This document shows positions 1 to 7,078 of a stretch of 14,860 nucleotides of DNA, in pieces. The stretch is taken from NCBI GenBank assembly GCA_043228905.1, contig JBHGNT010000833.1:1-14860 (forward strand), written 5' to 3'. This stretch comes from Azolla caroliniana (lineage: Eukaryota > Plantae > Polypodiophyta). A program made the position numbers and the translations under genes. Every line of letters begins with the position of its first letter. Positions within the stretch are counted from its first letter, which is position 1. Below the pieces are notes generated by a model that worked only from the letters and a program-made list of their open reading frames with translations, made no database searches and was not told the DNA's origin.

Positions 1-526
1 AAACTATCACTATGTTAGAGTGTACAACAGTGAGTTCACGGAGGCAACGACCTCGTGCTCACGATTTCTCTCTCTCTCTCTCTCTCTCTGTACACAGTTA
101 CGCACTCTCTTTCTCCTTCTATACACAACAAGAAATGACAACAACACAATAAAAGTTTTCCCTAAGTCATATTTATCCTAATATGACTTTTCGGCTATTT
201 ACAAATATAACGACGATGGACTGTCAGAAACATATTTACGAATATGTCTCTTCATCCGGTGAGCATTCCTCACGGGGTCTGCACCATCCGGCTCTGCGTA
301 GCCGGGTACTCCTCATCCAGTTGTCACCGGGTCTGCACCATCCGGCTCTGCGTAGCCGGGTACTCCTCATCCGGTTCTCACCGGGTCTGCAGCATCCGGC
401 TCTCCGTAGCCGGGTACACCTCATCCGGTTCTCACTGGGTCTGCACCATCCGACTCTCCGTAGCCGAGTACTCCTCATCCGGTTCTCATTGGGTCTGCAC
501 CATCCGGAGGGACCTGTCTCCCAACA
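1..526 (-). repeat. 3' LTR of element A (partial; about 176 bp lie left of the window)
   Basis: Aligns to 4584-5144. Ends CCCAACA at 526 (TGTTGGG on minus), next to the PPT. Confidence 0.95.
275..507. repeat. 54-bp tandem repeat, ~4.3 copies, in U3 of the A 3' LTR
   Basis: Units begin GGGTCTGCA at 275, 329, 383, 437 and 491; 18-aa periodicity in the ORF track. Confidence 0.95.
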
Positions 527-540
527 AACTCCCCCTTCAC
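527..540 (-). other. Polypurine tract of element A
   Basis: Minus strand GTGAAGGGGGAGTT directly before the LTR TG; overlaps the pol stop codon (537-539). Confidence 0.92.
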
Positions 541-3414
541 TCCGGCATGGGGTGTCTTACTAGTCCGATCCTCTTCCGGCATGCATCCAGCTTGTCGGGT
601 ATCAGAACTTTGGTCAGCATATCTGACCCGTTCTCGGCCGTGTGGATCTTCGTCAGTGTGAACTCTTGGTCATCTACTCTTTCCCGGATCTAGTGATACC
701 TTCGCTGGATATGCTTCGTCCGGGAATGGTAGGCCGCATTCTTAGCAAGGTCGATGGCACTTTGACTGTCGCAATAGAGTCGGTATTCATCTTGCCGGAT
801 ACCGAGCTCGCCGATGAAGTCCTTCATCCATAATATTTCCTTGCCGGCTTCCACAACCGCCATGTACTCCACTTCCGTGGTTGACAACGCAACCGTCTTC
901 TGCAGCCTCGACTGCCACGAAACAGCTCCCCCTGCATATGTCATTACATACCCGGATGTAGACCGGCTGGTATCCACATCAGCCGACATGTCTGAGTCGG
1001 TGAAACCGTCAAGTTGAGGTCTTCCGGAGCCGAATCAGAGACACATATTTGAAGTGCCCTTCAAATACCGAAGTATCCATTTGACCGCGTTCCAGTGCTC
1101 CTTGCTGGGATTGCTCATAAACCGGCTCACCACTCCGACTGCGTATCCTATATCCAGTCAGGTACACACCATTGCGTACATCAAGCTCCCGACGGCAGAG
1201 GCATATGGAATCTTCATCATATCCGCCTTCTCTGCTTTCGTCTTCGGGCTTTGCTTACCGGATAGCCTGCAGTTTGCCGGAAGTGTCGATCCGACTGGTT
1301 TCGCATCTGACATGTTGAACCGGTGAAGCACCTTTGTCACGTACTTCTCCTGTGACAGCCATAATTGCTTCTTTGACAAGTCCCGGATAATATGCATCCC
1401 CAACATCTGTCTTGCCGGACCCAAGTCTTTCATTGAGAAGGTCCGGTTGAGGGCCTTCTTCAGCATCCGTATTTTGACTTGGTCCCGTCCGACAATCAAC
1501 ATGTCATCCACGTACAGAAGGAGTATCAGGAAGTCGCCTCCATCGAACTTCTTCACGATACCATTGTCGGGGAGCCTGCTTTAGTCTGTACAGGCTTTTC
1601 TTCAACCGGACCTTCATGAAGGTCCGGTTGAGGGCCTTCTTCAGCATCCGTATTTTGACTTGGTCCCGTCCGACAATCAACATGTCATCCACGTACAGAA
1701 GGAGTATCAGGAAGTCGCCTCCTTCGAACTTCTTCACGGTACCATTGTCGGGGAGCCTGCTTCAGTCCGTACAGGCTTTTCTTCAACCGGCATACCAGGT
1801 GCTCCTTCCCTTTCTCCACGAATACTTCCGATTGCTGCATGTAGATCTCCTCTTTGAGGTCGCCGTGAAGTAATGCCGTCTTCACGTCCAGCTGTTCTAC
1901 CTCGAGGTTCATGCTTGCCGCTATACTCAACACCGTCCGGATGGAGGTCATCTTTACTACTAGGGCAAATATCTTGTCAAAGTCCACGCCCTTCGTCTGC
2001 TGGAACCCCTTCACCACGATCCTGGCTTTGTATCTCGGGGGGTTGCCGGCATCTCCCGGTTTCAACTTGTACACCCACTTGTTTCGGAGTGCCCGCTTTC
2101 CTTTCGACAACTCCACCAATTCGTACGTATGGTTCTCATGCAAGGAATCCATCTCGTCCTGCATGGCACTTAACCATTTGCGGCTGTGGGTGTCATCCTT
2201 CGCTTCTTCGAAGCTTTCCGGCTCCCCCTCATCGGTCAGCAGAACATGCTCTGCATTCGGAAATCTCTGGGGGGCCCTTCTCTCTCTGAGAGGATATCTC
2301 CGTCTTCGGGCTTCGGTAACCGGCTCCTCCATTTGCTCTTCATTCGAATCCGATTCGGGGTCTTGGCCGGTTCCGGATTCGGCTTCCTCTACTTCTTCTT
2401 CAGCCTGTTCGGTATCCTCACCGTATCCGGCTGGTTCTTCGAGTGCTAACCGTTCTCTCGCCGGTTGGGTCTGCTCATCGTAGAGTCTATCCTTACCGGT
2501 CGACTCGGAGTTCATTATCTTCTTCTCCGACTCCCAGTCGGCGAGCGTCTTGTCCTCCATGAAGATAATATCTCGACTTCGGAATGCCTTCTTGTCGACC
2601 AGGTCCCACACTCGGTAGCCGAACTCATCGTCACCGTAACCAAGGAATATGCATGGCCGGGTCTTTGGATCTAACTTTCCTCTCCGGTCCTTAGCTACAT
2701 GCACGTACGCGAGACACCTGAACACCTTCAGATGCCGGTAGGACACTTCCTTACCGGTCCATACTCTCTGTCGCATGTCTCCTTTGTCTTCAACGGTGTG
2801 GCCCACAACTTCCGGCTGTAGTCATCTATGAACGTCACGAAGTACTGCGCTCCGGCATGTGACTTCGTGTCTACTTGACACACATCCGTATGCACCAACT
2901 CCAGTGGTGCATTACGTCTCATCGGTGGCCTTGGTCGGAAAGAGGTCCGGTTTTGCTTATCGGCCAGACAATCAATGCACTTCTCCAAGTGCATGTTCTT
3001 CACTGGAATGAGGTTGTCGTCTGCAACCCTCTTCATCCCCTTCTCACTCATGTGACATAGTCTCTTGTGCCACAACTCACCGGTAGTGTCGGATGCCACG
3101 TTCACTTCTTCCGGACATAACCGGGCATTCATCAGGTACAGTGTGTTGACCTTCCAGGCCCGAGCCACAATCAGGCTCCCTTTGCTGAACTTCATGACAC
3201 CGTTCCGGATGCTACCCGTGTAGCCTTCATCATCTAGCCGACCGGCTGATATCAGGTTCAGATGAACCTCCGGAACGTGTCGGACATCCTTCAGCAGCAA
3301 CTTGCATCCGGTAGGTGTTGACAGCCACATGTCTCCTATGCCGACAATTCGACATATACCTTCATTCCCCATCCGGACACAGCCGTGATCACCGGCTGAG
3401 TACGATGAAAAGCA
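537..3414 (-). pseudogene. pol: Element A pol remainder (protease C-terminal part, truncated integrase, RT, RNase H), disrupted
   Basis: [61 protein letters not shown]. Stops at 1158, 1035 and 690; integrase core deletion near 2781; RT deletion plus duplication at 1437-1790. Confidence 0.93.
1437..1790. repeat. 173-bp tandem duplication (1437-1609, 1618-1790) covering the RT YVDD motif, with 8-bp filler
   Basis: Direct alignment shows 4 substitutions between copies; LLLYVDDML appears twice in the ORF track. Confidence 0.95.
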
Positions 3415-4378
3415 TTTTCCGGTCCGGGGTAAGGTGGAACGACGCTCCGGAGTCGACCACCCAAGTCATCTCGTCGCCGGCAAGGTTTATCTCACTCTCC
3501 TTGGTGATGAGCATCAACTCCTCTTCACTTGCCGCGATTGCCGTCGTCCCCTTCCGGTCCGGCCCCCTCCGGTCTTTACCGTTCCGGTCCGGGGTCCGCT
3601 TAGAATCGGTACCGTCGGTTTCCTTGTCTTTTCGGAAATGCAGACAGTTCTTTTGGAAGTGTCCCGGCTTGCCGCAATAGAAGCAAGTAGGCCTCCCCCT
3701 TGACTTTGACCGTGTCCCCGACTTCTCCCGGTTCTGGGGACTACAGTTTCTATGTCTTCCGCGTTCTGATTCGGTAAGGAGCGCTTTGGAGTCGGAGCTC
3801 GTATCTTTATCTTTCCGACGCGCCTCCTCATCTAGCAAGCTCGACTTTACTCTTGCTAGGGATAACCGTTTTCCTTCCGGCCCGACGTTGCCCAAAGTGA
3901 CAACCAGCGTCTCCCAGCTATCCGGGAGGGAACCGAGTAGGATTAATGCTAGTATCTCATCGGCCAGAGGTACTTCCAATGAAGTTGCTTGGTGGATCAG
4001 CCCCTGGAAGGCATTCATGTGCTCCGCTATGCTGGAGCCATCTTGGTACCGGAGTCTTACTAGCTTCTGGAATACCGAAACCTGATTAACAACATTTTTG
4101 TTTTGAAACATTATGCCGATCTTCTCCCAGAGCTCGTGAGCCTTGCTCTCTTTATTGAAGGTGTTGTACAGGCTCATGTCGATGAAGCACCGTATGTACG
4201 CCGTTGTCTTCATGTGCATCACCTCCCATATTGTGGCGTCGATCTTGTCCGGTCTCTTGTCCCCGAATTGAACCGATAACCAAAGATCTTTAACCATGAG
4301 CATGTCCCTCATCTTCGACTTCCACACTGAATAGTTGGAGCCGGTGAGCTTGAACATGCCGCCAAACGATTCGTCCAT
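3389..4378 (-). pseudogene. gag: Element A gag (zinc knuckle) and protease N-terminal part, ended by a frameshift
   Basis: ATG 15 nt after the PBS; CFYCGKPGHFQKNC knuckle; WVVDSGASFH active site; extra base in the A-run at 3415-3418. Confidence 0.93.
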
Positions 4379-4393
4379 TTTCTGTGTCGTTTC

Positions 4394-4405
4394 GCTCTGA
4401 TACCA
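4394..4405 (-). other. Primer-binding site (tRNA-iMet) of element A
   Basis: TGGTATCAGAGC on minus, 2 nt from the LTR end. Confidence 0.97.
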
Positions 4406-4787
4406 ATTGACGGGAACTCAACGCTCCTTATGCACAACGCTCGGCCACAACCGAGTTTAGAATCATACACAGAAAACAGGAAACGGAAAACACGCGACAC
4501 AAAGGAGAAGAAAAAATGTACACAGGATGTTTACGTGGAAAACCCAAACTAAGGGTAAAAAACCATGGCAGCCCACAAGCTGCAAACTATCACTATGTTA
4601 GAGTGTACAACAGTGAGTTCATGGAGGCAACGACCTCGTGCTCACGATCCTCGCCACAGGCGGCGGTTACAACAGAGGCAACGACCTCTTTCTCTCTCTC
4701 TCTCTCTGTACACAGTTACGCACTCTCTTTCTCCTTCTGTACACAACAAGAAATGACAACAACACAATAAAAGTTTGCCCTAAGTCA

Positions 4788-4795
4788 TATTTATA
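4788..4795 (-). promoter_or_regulatory. Probable TATA box of A 5' LTR
   Basis: TATAAATA on minus, downstream of the U3 array; conserved at 9888-9895 and 13453-13460. Confidence 0.7.
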
Positions 4796-4892
4796 CTAAT
4801 ATGACTTTTCGGCTATTTACAAATATAGCCACGATGGACTCTCAGAAACATATTTACGAATATGTGTCTTCATCCGGTGAGCATTCCTCACT

Positions 4893-5125
4893 GGGTCTGC
4901 ACCATCCGGCTCTCCGTAGTCGGGTACTCCTCATCCGGTTCTCACCGGGTCTGCAGCATCCAGCTCTCCATAGCCGGGTACTCCTCATCCGGGTCTCACC
5001 AGGTCTGCACCATCCGGCTCTCCGTAGCCGGGTACTCCTCATCCGGTTCTCACCAGGTCTGCACCATCCGGCTCTCCGTAGCCGGGTACTCCTCATCCAG
5101 TTCTCACCGGGTTTGCACCATCCGG
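4893..5125. repeat. 54-bp tandem repeat, ~4.3 copies, in U3 of the A 5' LTR
   Basis: Units begin at 4893, 4947, 5001, 5055 and 5109. Confidence 0.95.
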
Positions 5126-5144
5126 AGGGACCTGTCTCCCAACA

Positions 5145-6120
5145 CTTCGCATTCCAAGCTCGGGGGGCTTGTTTGAGACCGTAAAGCAACTTCTTGAGCC
5201 GGCACACTGCCGACTTGTTCATCTCCAACTGAAAACCGGGAGGTTGGAACATATAAACCCATTCTTCAAGGTCACCTTGAAGAAACACATTCTTCACGTC
5301 CATCTGGTGAAGATGCCACCCTCTTGCCGCAACAACTACCAGTACCACACGAACCGTCGTCATCTTCGCTATCGGGGCGAAGGTCTCATTGTAATCGATT
5401 CCCTCGGTCTGTGCGTATCCCTTCGCCACTAACCGGGCCTTGTACCGGTTAACCAAACCATCGGCATTGTACTTTACCTTGTACACCCATTTGCAACCCA
5501 TCGGTTTACACTGTCAGGGAGGGTCAACGAGGTCCCATGTGTCGTTGGCATCTAGTGCTCGCATTTCTTCCTCCATAGCGGCACACCAATTTGCGTCCTT
5601 TGTCGCTTTTGCATAGCTCTCCGGCTCATGCACTTCCGCCACCTTAGTCATGAATGCATAATGATGCGCCATGTACTCATTGTACCCGTACCGTGTAACG
5701 GGGTTCTTCAGGCGGGAAGACCGGCGTAACTTGGTATTACCCGGTTTGGGGGCCTTCTTGGCGAGGTTGGACTTCGTTCCCGAGGATCCGCCTTCATCCT
5801 TCCCGGAGTCAGATTCACTCCGATCCGACTCAACATTGCCGGTTTCGTATCCCGGCATCTTCTTCTTCCCCTTCTCTTTGTGCGTGAACCGTCTCCTCAG
5901 TTCCTTGCGCGGGGAGAGCACGGCAGAGTCTCCACTACTCGCCAGTTCCTCATCCGACTGGTCATCCCGACTCAGCCGCTCATTCGGTCCACTTAGCCGG
6001 AATGAGATCGGACTCTCTTCTAGTGCCGAAGTCTTCATCTTCTACCTAGGCCTCCTCAGAATCACTAGCCTCATCTTCCAGAATCGGGTCTTCGTCGGGA
6101 GTTGGAGTTGGTAAGGGGTA
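5145..6120 (-). pseudogene. pol: Element B fragment: copia INT-RT linker and RT N-terminal half, related to but distinct from C
   Basis: [54 protein letters not shown]. Collinear with C ~8129-9103 with many substitutions; internal stops. Cut by A at 5144/5145 and by the C LTR at 6120/6121. Confidence 0.9.
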
Positions 6121-6531
6121 TGTAAAAAGTAACGTGCAGAAGCAGGTATAAAGACCAAACAGAAGGAAGAAAGACTCAAGTTTAATGGAGAGCTTGAGCT
6201 TACGCAGTATACGCGGGAGAGACAAAGAGAGTGAGAGAGAAAACACAAGAACTGTATTCAACAAAAACAATCTCAATACTCGACTCTATGTTACATATGT
6301 GTGTTCAATGAACACTTTTATACAGGTCCTAGAAGGACTGACTGAAGTACTGACAGTACTTCAATGCTCATTAAGAGCTCCTACACTAACTCCCAAATAT
6401 ATTCCTCACGGAATATCTTTCCTAACGACCTTCCGGTTTACGCACCGATCCGGCCCTACTGATCGGTCCCAACCGATTCGGTCCTCGGCTTCTTCAGCCG
6501 ATCTGGCCGATGTTGAGCTTGTCTCTCAACA
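6121..6531 (-). repeat. 3' LTR of element C (411 bp)
   Basis: TGTAAAAAG...CTCAACA; about 18 substitutions and 1 indel versus 12177-12588 (hand count). Confidence 0.96.
6316..6322 (-). promoter_or_regulatory. Probable TATA box in C LTR (TATAAAG at 12373-12379 in the 5' LTR)
   Basis: TATAAAA on minus, mid-LTR. Confidence 0.55.
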
Positions 6532-6543
6532 CTCCCCCTCAAG
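6532..6543 (-). other. Polypurine tract of element C
   Basis: CTTGAGGGGGAG on minus, directly before the LTR TG. Confidence 0.93.
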
Positions 6544-6991
6544 CTCAACTTGAGGCTCTTCGGGATCTTCGGGCTCACAGCTCCGGTTCCTCCTGGCTTC
6601 ACGCCTCGCTTGCGCTCCTCGACCTGTTCGACTCCACGCGCTTCGACCCTTCCGCTCGGCTTGTCTGCTCATGTGGCCCTTGTCAGCTCTTCTGCTGTTG
6701 CGGTGTTGACTCTTCTCCTGCTGCCTTTTCTTCCACTTGGGCCTCGGTTGATTCAACGTATCTGAATCAAACATCCGAACCGACTCGGCTACCTCCGATC
6801 GGTTTTCGCTCTCGTCCGAGTTGGTTGTCTCCAACTCGTCTTCGGTCTTCTCGCCCTCGGTGGCGTCATCTTCCCCATGCGTGGTTGACTTCGGCTCTCT
6901 CCTTCGGCTGCTCCCTTTCTGTCCGCTTTCGGACTTTTCTGTGGGTCCTCCCTCGGCTTCTTCAGCCAATCCGAAGTCGAACTCGACAATC

Positions 6992-7021
6992 GACTCGGTG
7001 TCACGGGACTCGGTGTCACGG
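6992..7021. repeat. 15-bp perfect tandem duplication (RDTES-RDTES), frame-preserving
   Basis: GACTCGGTGTCACGG twice. Confidence 0.9.
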
Positions 7022-7066
7022 TCTCCGCTCCTTTCCTGCTGCCTTGCTTGGTCGTTCGGGACTGTT

Positions 7067-7078
7067 CTCCCCCTCAAG
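7067..7078 (-). other. Second, internal copy of the C polypurine tract at the end of RNase H
   Basis: 12/12 identical to 6532-6543. Confidence 0.75.

Larger units (their letters stand above)
1..5144 (-). mobile_element. Element A: Ty1/copia LTR retrotransposon, Tto1/Tnt1-like (Tork lineage), defective; 3' LTR cut by window edge
   Basis: Two similar LTRs (1-526, 4408-5144), tRNA-iMet PBS, PPT, and domain order gag-PR-INT-RT-RH on the minus strand. Gag (NYSVWKSKMRDML, LLGSLPDSWETL) and RH (AVSWQSRLQKTVALSTTE) resemble Tto1/Tnt1 from recall, not from a search. Confidence 0.95.
4408..5144 (-). repeat. 5' LTR of element A (737 bp)
   Basis: TG...CA termini; same boundaries as the TSD-delimited solo LTR; followed by the PBS. 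Right flank CTTCG is the predicted TSD. Confidence 0.95.

Noticed and set aside
275-507. Regular repeats resembling a CRISPR array (also 4893-5125 and 9970-10189)
   Set aside because: Head-to-tail 54-bp units without unique spacers, inside LTRs, with no cas genes.
1873-2483. Long plus-strand ORFs (also 6510-7154, 10290-11081, 11009-11536, 14376-14846)
   Set aside because: Antisense shadows of GC-rich minus-strand reading frames, with no recognisable domains.
3410-3420. Possible programmed gag-pol frameshift in A
   Set aside because: It lies after the protease DSGAS motif; a one-base insertion in an A4 run explains it, and Tnt1-type elements use a single ORF.
4394-4405. tRNA gene (also 12165-12176)
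   Set aside because: Only a 12-nt complement of the tRNA-iMet 3' end, i.e. a PBS.
5140-5175. A inserted right after KQAPRAW in B, the motif beside A's own RT deletion
   Set aside because: Different event types at non-identical positions; two cases cannot be told from coincidence.
4854-5501. 215-aa ORF fusing RT to a repeat domain
   Set aside because: Read-through of B's RT into the inserted A LTR at 5144/5145.
6526-7066. Env-like gene or Sirevirus assignment for C
   Set aside because: Fused in frame to pol, highly charged with no transmembrane segment, and the LTRs are short.
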